Assembly: GCA_963766735.1 (NCBI GenBank)
Contig: CAVYBU010000030.1
Location: 96,001 to 160,000 of the forward strand
Length of the DNA: 64,000 nucleotides
Source: an uncultured Chloroflexia bacterium
GTDB lineage: Bacteria; Chloroflexota; Limnocylindria; Limnocylindrales; CSP1-4
Reading direction: 5' to 3'
The notes below the pieces were generated by a model, which saw only the letters and a program-made list of their open reading frames with translations, searched no databases and was not told the origin of the DNA. Positions 53,069 to 63,058 of this stretch are shown piece after piece. The first letter of the stretch is position 1; each line of letters opens with the position of its first letter. The position numbers were made by a program, and so were the translations under genes.

Positions 53069-54643
53069 CTAGGCGGCGAACTCCCGCAGCTTGCGGCTCC
53101 GCGACGGGTGGCGCAGCTTGCGCAGCGCCTGGACCTCGATCTGGCGGATCCGCTCCCGGGTGAGGCCGAACTCGCGGCCAACTTCCTCGAGCGTCCGGGC
53201 ATGCCCGTCGTCGAGGCCGAAGCGGAGGCGCAGGACGCGCTGCTCGCGGCCGTCGAGGCTCGCCAGCACGTGTTCGATCTGCTCGCGCCGCATACGGTCC
53301 GCGACCACGTCGAGCGGTGAGACTGCATCCTCGTCCGGGATCAGCTCGCCGAGCTCCGCGTCGCCCTCGTCGCCGACCGGCGACTGCAGGGAGACGGGCT
53401 CCCGGCCGAGCTTGCGGATCTCCTCGACGCGCTGGGGCGTCATCGCCGGCGTCTCGTCGGGTAGGGCCGCCGCGATCTCGGTGTTCGTGGGCTCACGGCC
53501 GAGCTGGGTGGACAGCTCGCGCACGACGCGCGCCACGCGACCCATCGTCTCGACCATGTGAACCGGGATCCGGATCGTCCGGCTCTGGTCCGCGAGGCCG
53601 CGCTGGATCGCCTGGCGGATCCACCAGGTGGCGTAGGTGCTGAACTTGAAGCCGCGCTCGTACTCGAACTTGTCGACGGCGCGGATCAGGCCGGCGTTGC
53701 CCTCCTGGACGAGGTCCAGCAGGCCCATCCCCGCCTGGTTGATGTACTTGCGCGCGATCGAGACGACCAGCCGCAGGTTGGCCGACGTCAGGTGGTCCCG
53801 CGACTGCTTGGCGAGGTCCTTGAGCACCGGGTGCAGCTCGGCGACGGTCTCGGCCTCGTGACCGGCCTCCAGGAACCGCTGGATCGCCGGGTAGGCGATC
53901 TCGGTGCGGGCCCAGGTGCGCAGGTCGCGGAGAGCCTCGTTGCCGCGGATCTCGGCGTTCGGCTTGCCGAGCTCGCCCTCGATCCAGTCGAGCAGGTCCG
54001 AGAAGGTGTCGGCGTCCAGGCGCTCGTTGTACACGGACCGCAGGTCCTGGGCGCGGACCAGGCGCTCCTTGAGCGCGTCCGTCTCGGCCACCTTGAGCGC
54101 ATCTGCCAGCCCGAGGGCGGGTGCGGTCACCAGCAGGTCCATGCTGTCGTCCGAGCGGATGGCCGCCGAGACGATCCGGTGGGCCTCGGTCTCGAACGGC
54201 ACCTCGTACTTGCGGCTCTTCGCCCGGCCGGTGGCCTCGGTGTGGTGAAGCGTCCACTCGTGGATGCTGAGGAGCGCCTTCCACGGCTCGGCCTCGGCCT
54301 GCGCGCCCAGCTCCATGCCCTTGGCGAGGATGACCTCTTCCTCGGCCGTCAGGAGCGGGACCCGCCCGATCTCCCGCAGGTACAGCCGCACGGAGTCGTC
54401 CGTGTCCAGGACCTCGGCCACCACTGGCTCCGGCTCATGCTCCTCGGCGGCCTTGGGGTCTGCGGCCTTGGGGTCTGCGGCCTTGGGGTCTGCGGCCTTG
54501 GGGTTGGGGCGCTCGGCCACCGGCGCCTCGGCGATGAGTGCCGCGGCCTCACGCTCGGCAGCCTTGGGGTCGAGTTCAATCGAAACGGTTGCGAGCGCCA
54601 CTTCGGCGTCCGTTGCAGGCGAGATGGGATCGGAAGAGATCAC
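53069..54643 (-). CDS. RpoD/SigA-like sigma-70 factor (no clear region 1.1, so possibly group 2)
   Basis: [18 protein letters not shown] (1.2), [57 protein letters not shown] (4.2); GGAG before GTG 54643. Confidence 0.93.
   Translation of the reverse strand: MISSDPISPATDAEVALATVSIELDPKAAEREAAALIAEAPVAERPNPKAADPKAADPKAADPKAAEEHEPEPVVAEVLDTDDSVRLYLREIGRVPLLTAEEEVILAKGMELGAQAEAEPWKALLSIHEWTLHHTEATGRAKSRKYEVPFETEAHRIVSAAIRSDDSMDLLVTAPALGLADALKVAETDALKERLVRAQDLRSVYNERLDADTFSDLLDWIEGELGKPNAEIRGNEALRDLRTWARTEIAYPAIQRFLEAGHEAETVAELHPVLKDLAKQSRDHLTSANLRLVVSIARKYINQAGMGLLDLVQEGNAGLIRAVDKFEYERGFKFSTYATWWIRQAIQRGLADQSRTIRIPVHMVETMGRVARVVRELSTQLGREPTNTEIAAALPDETPAMTPQRVEEIRKLGREPVSLQSPVGDEGDAELGELIPDEDAVSPLDVVADRMRREQIEHVLASLDGREQRVLRLRFGLDDGHARTLEEVGREFGLTRERIRQIEVQALRKLRHPSRSRKLREFAA
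54448..54503 (-). repeat. 15-bp in-frame tandem repeat encoding (PKAAD)n in the sigma factor N-terminus
   Basis: GCCTTGGGGTCTGCG x3 plus a partial copy; protein [21 protein letters not shown]. Confidence 0.9.
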
Positions 54644-54755
54644 GGTGCTCCAGTTGACGGTGCCACGCCCAGCCGCGGGGCCCCGTGGAATTTCGAACAG
54701 CACCCGGGGGGACGCCCGGACGCGCGGCCGGGTCCACGCCACCCGACACACGTAG

Positions 54756-54833
54756 TGGCGTGTCAAATGACACGCCATTGGCCCAGTAGTCTAGGCCATT
54801 GGGCAGCGGTTTGACAACCCCCCAAATTTGGGG
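54756..54833 (-). promoter_or_regulatory. Putative sigma-gene promoter (TTGTCA-N18-TAGACT) flanked by two palindromes
   Basis: Minus-strand -35 at 54817-54812 and -10 at 54793-54788; TGGCGTGTCA-AA-TGACACGCCA at 54756-54777; CCCCAAATTTGGGG at 54820-54833. Confidence 0.6.
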
Positions 54834-55172
54834 AGTGACGTAGCGTCTCTTGAGGGGATTCGGAATCGAGCGGGCGTACAACTCGTGTGTTGCAGCACAC
54901 CAAGGAGTACGCCGGATGACAACAGTACGCGCCCTGACCCGTCGCCTCACCGCCCTGCCGTGTTCGTGGTCTGCATCGGCCGGTCGAGGGCACAGGGAAT
55001 GGGATGCTTCAACCCGGTGCGCGTATTCGGGTGCGGCCCCGAGCGGGTCCTGCCGGTATCGAGCGGGTCGCACCGGACCCGAGCGGGTCCCGCCGGCCCG
55101 GGCCGGATGGCCGCCTCGACCCTGATCGATCCGTCCGCGACGTCCGACGTCCGTCTGCGCCAGACTGTGCGC

Positions 55173-55853
55173 ATGGTCCGCGTCCTGGTTGTCGATGACG
55201 AAGCCCCCATTGTCGAGCTCCTCGAGGGCTACCTCGCCCGCGAGGGCTACGAGGTGCTCGCCGTGGGCAGCGGCCCCGAGGCGGTGGACCTTGTCCGCTC
55301 GGAGCGTCCAGACGTGGTCATCCTCGACGTCATGCTCCCCGGCCTGGACGGCATCGAGGTCTGCCGCCGGATCCGGACCTTCTCCGACGCATACGTGCTG
55401 ATGTTGACCGCGCGGGGCGAGGAGATCGACCGGATCATGGGGCTCACGGTTGGCGCGGACGACTACCTCGTGAAGCCGTTCTCGCCGCGCGAGGTCGTCG
55501 CCCGCGTGAAGGCGCTGCTGCGACGGCCGCGCCCGGGAACCGGGACGACCGCCGCACCGCCACCCGGCCTGGAGGTGGACGAGGCGCGCCACCAGGTGCG
55601 CGTGGACGGGAGTCCCGTGGACCTCACCGCGCTGGAGTTCAGCCTGCTGGCGGCGCTGGGTCGGAACCCGGGCGTCGTCATCGGCCGGCAGGCGTTGCTC
55701 GACCAGGTCTGGGGTTCGGAGTACGTGGCGGACGACCACCTGGTGGACGTGCATATCGCCAACCTCCGGCGGAAGCTTGGCGACGAGCCGTCCCGACCCC
55801 GGTTCATCGAGACCGTGCGTGGCGTCGGGTACCGGCTCCGTGAGGCCCCGTGA
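55173..55853 (+). CDS. OmpR/PhoB-family response regulator
   Basis: VLVVDDE, LDVMLPG, LTAR, GADDYLVKPF, VDVHIANLRRKL, TVRGVGY. Confidence 0.95.
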   Translation: MVRVLVVDDEAPIVELLEGYLAREGYEVLAVGSGPEAVDLVRSERPDVVILDVMLPGLDGIEVCRRIRTFSDAYVLMLTARGEEIDRIMGLTVGADDYLVKPFSPREVVARVKALLRRPRPGTGTTAAPPPGLEVDEARHQVRVDGSPVDLTALEFSLLAALGRNPGVVIGRQALLDQVWGSEYVADDHLVDVHIANLRRKLGDEPSRPRFIETVRGVGYRLREAP

Positions 55854-56941
55854 CGGTGCCCAGCTCCCTCCGCACCCGCCTGCTGGCCGCCTTTCTCGTG
55901 GTGGCCGCGGCCGCGCTGGGGACGGTGGGGACCGCCGTGCTCCTCATCGGGCCCGGCTACTTCGCGGAGGCGATGGGCCACCTGCCCGGCGACCCGATGG
56001 GGAACGCGATGGCCGAGTCGACGCAGGCGGCGTTCACCGACGCGATGCGCCAGGCGCTGCTTGCGGCGACCGTCATCGCCATCGCCACGGCCTCGGTGGT
56101 CAGCATCGTCGTCGCCGGCCGGATCGCCCGGCCCATCAGCCGCCTCGCCGCCGCGTCCCGGCGCGTGGCCCGCGGGCACTACGCCGAACGCGTCCCGGCG
56201 AACGAGCCCGGCGAGCTGGGCGACCTGGCGGCCACGTTCAACGACATGGCAGGATCCCTCGAGGCGACCGAGCGACGGCGGTTGCAGCTGGTCGGCGACG
56301 TCGCCCACGAGCTGCGAACGCCGCTCACCACCATCGACGGCTACCTCGAGGGACTCGAGGACGGCGTCATCGCCCCCGGCCCGGAGACGTGGCACCTGCT
56401 CCGCTCCGAGGCGGCCAGGCTCACGCGGCTCGTCACCGATCTCTCCGAGCTGTGGCGGGCGGAGGCCGGGCAGCTTCCCCTGCGGACGGACGTGCTTGAC
56501 CTTGCCGAGGTTGCCGCGGAGATCGTTCAGCGATTCGGGCCGCAGGCCGCGGGGCGGGAGATCCGCCTCGAGGTTCTGCCCGGGCACGCCGTGGCGCTCG
56601 GGGATCGGGACCGCGTGGCCCAGATCGTCTCGAACTTCCTATCGAATGCGATCCGGCATGCGCCGGACGGCAGCGCCATCCATATCGAGGCCACCACCGG
56701 GCCGGCTGGCGCCCGGGTGACGGTGTCGGACGAGGGTCCGGGGTTGGCGGAAGACCAGTTGGAGGCCGTGTTCGAGCGGTTCTACCGAGTGGACCCTGCC
56801 CGCAGCAGGGCCGAGGGCGGCGCCGGGATCGGCCTCGCCATCGTGCGGGCGCTGGCGGAGGCGATGGACGGACGTGCGTGGGCCGAGAGCGAAGGCCCCG
56901 GCCGCGGCGCGACGTTCGCGCTGGAGCTGCCGCTCGATTGA
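55850..56941 (+). CDS. BaeS-like HAMP sensor histidine kinase with a short Met/His-containing external loop
   Basis: Two TMs around AMGHLPGDPMGNAM; HAMP; DVAHELRTPL, LSNAIRH, DEGPG, GAGIGLAI. Confidence 0.93.
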   Translation: MTVPSSLRTRLLAAFLVVAAAALGTVGTAVLLIGPGYFAEAMGHLPGDPMGNAMAESTQAAFTDAMRQALLAATVIAIATASVVSIVVAGRIARPISRLAAASRRVARGHYAERVPANEPGELGDLAATFNDMAGSLEATERRRLQLVGDVAHELRTPLTTIDGYLEGLEDGVIAPGPETWHLLRSEAARLTRLVTDLSELWRAEAGQLPLRTDVLDLAEVAAEIVQRFGPQAAGREIRLEVLPGHAVALGDRDRVAQIVSNFLSNAIRHAPDGSAIHIEATTGPAGARVTVSDEGPGLAEDQLEAVFERFYRVDPARSRAEGGAGIGLAIVRALAEAMDGRAWAESEGPGRGATFALELPLD

Positions 56942-57036
56942 TCCGGCGATGCGTGCGCGGACCCTGCACCGAGGCTGCCACCGCGCATCGCGCCTGCCGA
57001 TGCACCTGCGCTCCTCTCATCCGGACGTGCCCCCGG

Positions 57037-57071
57037 CGCAGAGACGCCCGACCACGCAGAGACGCCCGACC
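57037..57071. repeat. 17-bp direct repeat x2 (18-bp period) in a convergent intergenic region
   Basis: CGCAGAGACGCCCGACC at 57037 and 57055. Confidence 0.8.
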
Positions 57072-57132
57072 TGGGGGGAAGGTCGGGCGTCTCGGGTCTC
57101 GGGTGAGACGGGTTCAGCGTAGAGGGTTGGGT

Positions 57133-57828
57133 CTACCCAGATTTGCCCACAAGCCTGTCGCCGTCCGGACCCGTGCGCCACTGTTCGCGCCAGATCTCGG
57201 CGAGCCAGGCGACCTCCTCCGCCGGGACCTCGGGCACCGGGCCGAACGCACGCGCGCGGAGGTAGACCTCGGCGGCGCCTTCGGTCACCGACGCCGCGTT
57301 ATACGCGTGGTGGAGGGTTGCACCGATCGCGAGCAGCCCGTGGTGGCGCAGGAAGCACGCGCCGCGATCGGTCAGCGCATCCGACACGACGTCCGCGAGG
57401 GCCACGGTACCGGGCCGGGCATAGGGCGCGGTCTGGACCGCGCCGCCGGCCGCGGCCACGAACCCGGTCAGGATCGGCGGCAGCGTCCAGTCGAGGGCGG
57501 CCATCGTCATTGCCCCGGCGCTGTGCGTGTGGACGATTGCCCCCACCTCGGGCCTGCGCCGGTACGTCAGGGTGTGGAGCGGGAGCTCCGTGGTCGGTGT
57601 CAGACGACCGGCCACGACCTCGCCGTCGAGCGTCACCAGGCAGATGTCGGCAGACTCGAGCGCGTCATACGGCCCACCGGAGGGTGTCACGGCCACCAGG
57701 CCGGGCTCACCGTCGACACGCATGCTGATGTTGCCCGCCGTGAAGTCGACCAGGTGCTCGGCCAGCATGCGGCGGCAGTAGAGGACGACCTCGGCGCGCG
57801 CGCGCTCACGACCCGTGTTCAGCCTCAT
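57133..57828 (-). CDS. Class II aldolase/adducin family protein (FucA-like)
   Basis: TAGNISMR, VTPSG, PTTELPLH, IVHTHS, LRHHGLLAIG. Confidence 0.9.
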   Translation of the reverse strand: MRLNTGRERARAEVVLYCRRMLAEHLVDFTAGNISMRVDGEPGLVAVTPSGGPYDALESADICLVTLDGEVVAGRLTPTTELPLHTLTYRRRPEVGAIVHTHSAGAMTMAALDWTLPPILTGFVAAAGGAVQTAPYARPGTVALADVVSDALTDRGACFLRHHGLLAIGATLHHAYNAASVTEGAAEVYLRARAFGPVPEVPAEEVAWLAEIWREQWRTGPDGDRLVGKSG

Positions 57829-57872
57829 CGTGCCTCGCCTCGATCCAACGGCTTCGACAGCGTCACCTGCGC

Positions 57873-58946
57873 CTAGCTGCCCGACTTCTCGTCGACCCGG
57901 GCCAGCAACGACATCCAGGACGTGACGAAGGCCGCCGCGCCCTTCTGCTGCAGTTCGCTGCCCAGCTCGTCGACGTCGATGCCGGCGGCGGCGAAGCGGG
58001 CCAGCACGGCATCGGCCGCGTTCGCATCAGTCGGGATCGGCTGCACGGACGCCAGGTCCTCGGCGCCCGCCGCGAGCAGCGTCTCCTCCGGGATCGTGTT
58101 CACGGTGTCCGGCGCCGCGAGGCCCGTGACGTAGAGCGTCGGCGGCGCCGTCTTGTCCTTGGTGCCGGTGCTGGCGAACAGCAGGCGCTGCGGCCGGGCA
58201 CCCGCGGCGATCAGGGCGGCCCAGCGGTCGGTGGCGAAGAAGGCCACCGCATCGGCATACGAGCGTCGCCCCACGGCCAGGCCCAGCTGCAGCTCCAGGT
58301 CCGCCGGGACCTTGCCCTTGACCGCGCCATCCCATCGGCTGATGAACAGCGACGCGACGGACGGCACGTACGCCGGCATGCCAGCCGCGATGCGCCGCTC
58401 GACTCCGCGCGTGTACGCCTCCGCGCAGGCCAGGTACTGACCGGGCGAGAAGAGGAGCGTCACGTTGACCGGGATGCCCGCGAAGATCGCGTCCTCGATG
58501 GCGGCCAGGCCCTCGAGGGTGCCGGGGATCTTGATCAGCAGGTTGGCGCGACCGCCCCTCGTCCACAGGCGCTTCGCCTCGGCCAGGGTGATCGAGGCGT
58601 CGTACGCGAGCTCCGGCGAGACCTCGAGGCTCACGAAGCCGTCGATGCCGTCCGTCGCGTCGTACACGGGGCGGAACAGGTCTGCGGCGCGAGTCAGGTC
58701 GTCCAGCGCGAGGCCGAAGAAGATCTCCTCGGCGTCCGCACCCGCGGCGGCCGCGGCTGCGATCTGGGCGTCGTAGTCCCTGCTACCGCCGATCGCGCGG
58801 TCGTAGATGGTGGGGTTGGACGTGAGGCCGGTCACCCCAAGCTCGTCGATGTAGCGGGCGAGCGTGCCGCTGTCGATCAGGGCGCGGGTGATGTTGTCGA
58901 GCCACAGGCTCTGGCCGAGCAGGCGAAGCGCGCTGGTAGTCGTCAT
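57873..58946 (-). CDS. tal: Transaldolase
   Basis: GQSLWLDNI, GLTSNPTI, VSLEVSP, LIKIPGT, VNVTLLFS, SVASLFISR, LFASTGTK. Confidence 0.95.
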   Translation of the reverse strand: MTTTSALRLLGQSLWLDNITRALIDSGTLARYIDELGVTGLTSNPTIYDRAIGGSRDYDAQIAAAAAAGADAEEIFFGLALDDLTRAADLFRPVYDATDGIDGFVSLEVSPELAYDASITLAEAKRLWTRGGRANLLIKIPGTLEGLAAIEDAIFAGIPVNVTLLFSPGQYLACAEAYTRGVERRIAAGMPAYVPSVASLFISRWDGAVKGKVPADLELQLGLAVGRRSYADAVAFFATDRWAALIAAGARPQRLLFASTGTKDKTAPPTLYVTGLAAPDTVNTIPEETLLAAGAEDLASVQPIPTDANAADAVLARFAAAGIDVDELGSELQQKGAAAFVTSWMSLLARVDEKSGS

Positions 58947-59089
58947 GGGTCCTCCAAGGGTCTCCCCGAGTCTATCTCGGCCGGTGCGTTGACCACCCTC
59001 TCCAGCGCGCTCCCGTCGGCGATGGGCACGTCCGTGCGCGACTCGTGGCGGCACCGGCTCGTGCCCCGGGCGGCAGCTAGACTCGCTCC

Positions 59090-59536
59090 ATGTCAGGCAT
59101 CGGTCACGCATTCTGGCCCCGCGTGTACGGGCTCCTGGCCAGGCTGGACCCGGCCATCGAGCGCGTCTGGCGCCGAGGGGGCCTCCGCAATACCGTCCAG
59201 CTGGTGACGATCGGCCGCCGGACCGGGCTGGAGCGCAGGTCGTTCCTGGGGCTGCTCCGGATCGGGGACCGGCGGTACCTGGGTCACCCGGACCTGCCCT
59301 GTCCCTGGACCCTCAACCTGGAGGCGGCGGCCGGCGGCCGGATGCGATACCGCGACGGCCGCACGGTCGAGTTTCGCGCGGTCCTGCTCGAGCCTGGGCC
59401 GGAGCGCGACGCCGTCATCCGTCGGACCTTCCGGCAGCACGGGTACCCGGGTGGAGTCGTGTACTGGATCTTCCGGCGTCACATCTTCGCCGTCGGCCGT
59501 TTCTACCGGCTGGAGGACGTACGGCCCATCGCATAG
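59090..59536 (+). CDS. Deazaflavin-dependent nitroreductase-like (DDN/DUF385) protein
   Basis: LVTIGRRTGLERR...PWTLNLEA. Confidence 0.7.
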   Translation: MSGIGHAFWPRVYGLLARLDPAIERVWRRGGLRNTVQLVTIGRRTGLERRSFLGLLRIGDRRYLGHPDLPCPWTLNLEAAAGGRMRYRDGRTVEFRAVLLEPGPERDAVIRRTFRQHGYPGGVVYWIFRRHIFAVGRFYRLEDVRPIA

Positions 59537-59564
59537 GCGGCCCGACTCCGCTACCTTGCGGGCC

Positions 59565-60137
59565 ATGACCGCCGACCACGATCCTGACCGCGATTCCCTC
59601 GAGGCTGCCCTCGCCGGTCGCGGCGAGCACGAGCTCTTCCCCTGTGACCCCGCCCTCGCTGACACGGCCGCGTTCTGCGCCGCGTACGGCTTCGATCCCG
59701 CGGAGTCCGCCAATACGATCGTCGTCGTGGGCAAGGGCACGCCGCCCGTCTATGCCGCCTGCGTTGTCCTCGCGACGCACCGCCTGGACGTGAACCGGGC
59801 CATCAAGGCGCGCTTCGGGCGCAAGTCGTCCTTTGCCTCGCCGGAGGAGACGCGGGCCCTCACCGGACACGAGATCGGCGGGGTAACGGTGTTCGGCCTG
59901 CCGGACGGCCTGCCGGTCTGGGTCGACGCCGCAGTCATGGCGCGCGAGCGGATCGTGCTCGGCGGCGGCAGCCGAAGCTGGAAGGTGATCGCCCCGTCGT
60001 CGATCCTGCTCACGCTCGAGAACGTGACCGTCGTGGAGGGGCTGGCCAACCCGTACGCGCCGCTACCCGCCGCCCCTCCCACGCCGGCATCCGCACCTGT
60101 TGCTGCCCCCACCACCGATGAGGAGCGATCCGCATGA
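59565..60137 (+). CDS. YbaK/EbsC (aminoacyl-tRNA editing) family protein
   Basis: ADTAAFCAAYG, SANTIVV, SFASPEET, LTGHEIGGVTVFG, LGGGSRSWK. Confidence 0.88.
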   Translation: MTADHDPDRDSLEAALAGRGEHELFPCDPALADTAAFCAAYGFDPAESANTIVVVGKGTPPVYAACVVLATHRLDVNRAIKARFGRKSSFASPEETRALTGHEIGGVTVFGLPDGLPVWVDAAVMARERIVLGGGSRSWKVIAPSSILLTLENVTVVEGLANPYAPLPAAPPTPASAPVAAPTTDEERSA

Positions 60138-61015
60138 CCCAGCAGCAGCGGTTCCTCGCCACCGCCATCTTCGTGGTCGCCGTGATCGGCGGCGCGATCC
60201 TGGTGTTCGCCGTCGTCGGCGGTGGGGGATCGCCGGACCCGTCCTCCGCCGCTGGTTCGTCGGCCACGCCCACGACCGCCCCGGAGACACCGTCGCCCGC
60301 GCCGACCGACGAACCCACGCCCACGCCGGAGCCGTCGCCGACTGCCGAGCCGCCGGCCACGCCCACGCCGACCATCGCCCCGGGTCCAGCCGCTACCGTC
60401 GTCCTGACCCAGCTCAAGCTGGATGCGGCGGACGACCCGGAAGGCCAGGATCGCGCCGTCACCTTCACCACGGGCGGCACCGGCACGATCACGATCGTGC
60501 TCACGGCGCTGTCGCCGATGGGGAGCGCCCGCCTCTGCCTGTCCGCGGACGGCACGGACCTGGGCTGCGAGACCACGGCGGGCGGGAAGCTGGCGGCCGA
60601 GACGGCCAAGGAGGCGTCGACGTTCGTGCTCACGCTCCGCGGCGACGGCATCGAGGCGCCCGTGGTGGAGATCGAGCTGACGTTCCCGGCCACCAGCCCG
60701 TCGGTCACCGTGGCCAACGCCCGGTTCGACGGCACGGGCTACCCGGAGACGAACGGGATCCAGGCGCTCGTCACGCCCCGGGCCGACGGTGGCGTGCATG
60801 TCACTGCGGACTGGGGCGGGCACCCGTTCCTGTGGGAGCTGGACCTCCTCGAGCAGGGCGGCTCCGGGAGCGAATCGCTGGCCGACCAGGGGCCGGCCAC
60901 GCGGATGGACGAGACCCTGCCGGTGACGGCTCCCAACCCGTGGAAGGTCGTTCTCCAGAACGTCGAGCTGGGATTCGGCCCCACGCCGATGACGGTGTCG
61001 ATCGCCTGGCCGTAG
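60134..61015 (+). CDS. Hypothetical membrane-anchored exported protein with Pro/Thr linker and beta-rich domains
   Basis: N-terminal TM helix, PTPTPEPSPT linker, ATGA coupling. Confidence 0.7.
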   Translation: MTQQQRFLATAIFVVAVIGGAILVFAVVGGGGSPDPSSAAGSSATPTTAPETPSPAPTDEPTPTPEPSPTAEPPATPTPTIAPGPAATVVLTQLKLDAADDPEGQDRAVTFTTGGTGTITIVLTALSPMGSARLCLSADGTDLGCETTAGGKLAAETAKEASTFVLTLRGDGIEAPVVEIELTFPATSPSVTVANARFDGTGYPETNGIQALVTPRADGGVHVTADWGGHPFLWELDLLEQGGSGSESLADQGPATRMDETLPVTAPNPWKVVLQNVELGFGPTPMTVSIAWP

Positions 61016-61139
61016 ACCCCGGTGCCAGCCGCCGGGGGCTACCGACGGCCGCCGGCAACCGCGACCGTCCACCGCGTATTGCCCGGCACGTCCGTCTCAG
61101 GCGCCACGCCCCGTCCGGTCGGCCGGTAGGGTGGCCTTC

Positions 61140-61733
61140 ATGAACCCGGACCTTGGCCCGCGCCTCTGGAGATGGTCCCCGTGGTCGTGCGCCGTCCTGG
61201 GGATCGGTCTGCTCCTTCTGATCGTGGGCTGTGGCTCCCCCGGCGGGAGCCCGACCACGGACACCGCCCCGAACCCGCCGCCCGTCACTGACCTCGCCCC
61301 GGTTGGCGCCACCGAGACGGCCCGTGTCGTCCGGGTCGTGGATGGCGACACGATCGTCATCGACCGCGGCCTCGGTAACGAGCGCGTCCGGTACATCGGC
61401 ATCGACACGCCCGAGTCAGTGAAGCCGAACACCCCCGTGGAGTTCATGGCGAAGGAGGCGCTCGCGGCGAACGAGGCGCTCGTCGCCGGCCGGGAGGTTG
61501 TCCTGGAGCGGGACGTATCGAACACGGATCGCTACGACCGCCTGCTGCGCTACATATGGCTGCGCGAGGGCGACGGCTGGGTGCTCGTCAACCTGGAGCT
61601 GGTTCGCCGCGGTTTCGCACATGTCGCCACCTATCCGCCGGACGTCCGCTGGACAGACAGGTTCCTTGTCGGCCAGCAGGAGGCACGGGAGGCCGGCAGG
61701 GGGCTCTGGGGACCGGGGACGCCTGCACCCTGA
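61140..61733 (+). CDS. Thermonuclease (SNase) family lipoprotein
   Basis: LIVGC lipobox; VVRVVDGDTI, VRYIGIDTPE, DRYDRLLRY, VNLELVRRG, GRGLWG. Confidence 0.92.
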   Translation: MNPDLGPRLWRWSPWSCAVLGIGLLLLIVGCGSPGGSPTTDTAPNPPPVTDLAPVGATETARVVRVVDGDTIVIDRGLGNERVRYIGIDTPESVKPNTPVEFMAKEALAANEALVAGREVVLERDVSNTDRYDRLLRYIWLREGDGWVLVNLELVRRGFAHVATYPPDVRWTDRFLVGQQEAREAGRGLWGPGTPAP

Positions 61734-61873
61734 CCTCTCGAGCGGGCGGAGGGCAGCGTCGTCAACGTGCCGATCGGCCCCTCCCATGGCGCGCGCGGAC
61801 CACAGACGCTGGGGATGACACCCGAACCCTCAGCCCGAGCGCCGCAGGAAGGCGGCGCCCATCAGGCGAACCC

Positions 61874-62737
61874 TCAGGCCGAGCGCCGCAGGAAGGCGGC
61901 GCCCATCAGGTCCGGCCCCAGGTGCGGGCCCGTGGATGCGCCGATCAGCCCGGTCGTGATCCGCTCCGGCGCCACGCCGCCCGGGATGGCGGCCACCAGC
62001 GCGTCACGGAAGGCCGCGACCTCCTCGGGCGTGCTCGTGGGCGTGTGCAGGACCGAGAGGCGCTCGATCGGCTTCGCGGCGATCCGCCCGATGACCAGCG
62101 CGCGTGCCTTGGCGCGCGTCCGCTGGCGATCCGCACTGACGACCAGGCCATCGACGACCGTGATGATCGGCTTGAACGACAGCATCGATCCGATGACGGC
62201 CTCCGCCGCCGACAGTCGCCCGCCCTTGCGCAAGTAGTCGAGGGTGTCCACGGCGACGAACAGGTCGATGTCCGGCAGGCGGCTGCGGATGTAGGCGGCG
62301 ATGTCGGCCCCGGACGCGCCCGTTGCCGCCATCTCGGACGCGATCAGGGCGGGGATCCCCGTGGACATCGACGTGGATCCCGTGTCGATGACGTGGATCT
62401 CGCGGTCCGGCAACGCCTGGGCAGCCAGCGTCGCGCTGCTGAACGTCCCAGAGAGCTTGGTGCCGATGACGGGACAGACGATCGAGTCTGCGCCGGCGGC
62501 GAAGCAGGCCTCGAACGTCTCCTTGAACGTGCCCGGAGACGGCGCGGCGGTCTTGGGGAAGGGGGCGCCGGGCGCCAGCAGACGGGTCCAGAACTGTTCC
62601 GTGGTGAGGTTCACCCCGGCCTGGAACTCCTCGCTGCCGAACTGCACGTACAGCGGCACGACGCGGATACCCGCCGAGGCGGCCATCTCGGCTGCGAGGT
62701 CGGCGGTGGAATCGGTGACGACGGCGACGGGTGACAT
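61874..62737 (-). CDS. DegV family fatty-acid-binding protein (FakB-like)
   Basis: VVTDSTADL, PKTAAPSP, LSGTFSSA, TLDYLRKGGRL, KPII, GPHLGP. Confidence 0.93.
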   Translation of the reverse strand: MSPVAVVTDSTADLAAEMAASAGIRVVPLYVQFGSEEFQAGVNLTTEQFWTRLLAPGAPFPKTAAPSPGTFKETFEACFAAGADSIVCPVIGTKLSGTFSSATLAAQALPDREIHVIDTGSTSMSTGIPALIASEMAATGASGADIAAYIRSRLPDIDLFVAVDTLDYLRKGGRLSAAEAVIGSMLSFKPIITVVDGLVVSADRQRTRAKARALVIGRIAAKPIERLSVLHTPTSTPEEVAAFRDALVAAIPGGVAPERITTGLIGASTGPHLGPDLMGAAFLRRSA

Positions 62738-62813
62738 GGATCCTCCTGGCGGCCCTCGGGATCGCCCGATGATAAGGCCGGAGGACCGGCCCGATCCGGC
62801 CCGATGACACCAT

Positions 62814-63008
62814 TCAGCCCGTGGATGGCTGATCCGTCTCCTCCTTGGCCCTCTTCGGGTCCGCGAGGCGGCCGGCGTCCTGCAGCGCGCGCCGGAGCAG
62901 GAACTCCACCTGGCCGTTGACCGAGCGGAGGTCGTCCGCGGCCCAGCGCTGCAGGGCCGCGAACGTATCAGGATCCACGCGGAGGAGGAACGGCTTCCGC
63001 TCAGCCAT
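62814..63008 (-). CDS. Small ribbon-helix-helix (Arc-like) DNA-binding protein
   Basis: MAERKPFLLRVDP...QRWAADDLRSVNGQVEFLLRRAL; GGAG upstream. Confidence 0.85.
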   Translation of the reverse strand: MAERKPFLLRVDPDTFAALQRWAADDLRSVNGQVEFLLRRALQDAGRLADPKRAKEETDQPSTG

Positions 63009-63058
63009 CGTGGGACTCCTGCCCCGGCAGGGACGCCTGGGCCACCGGTCCGCTCCCG

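Noticed and set aside
54828-55172. 115-aa Cys-containing N-terminal extension of the response regulator
   Set aside because: The receiver domain begins at ATG 55173, which has a leaderless-type CAGACT 6 nt upstream. The extension crosses the promoter region and shows no recognisable domain.
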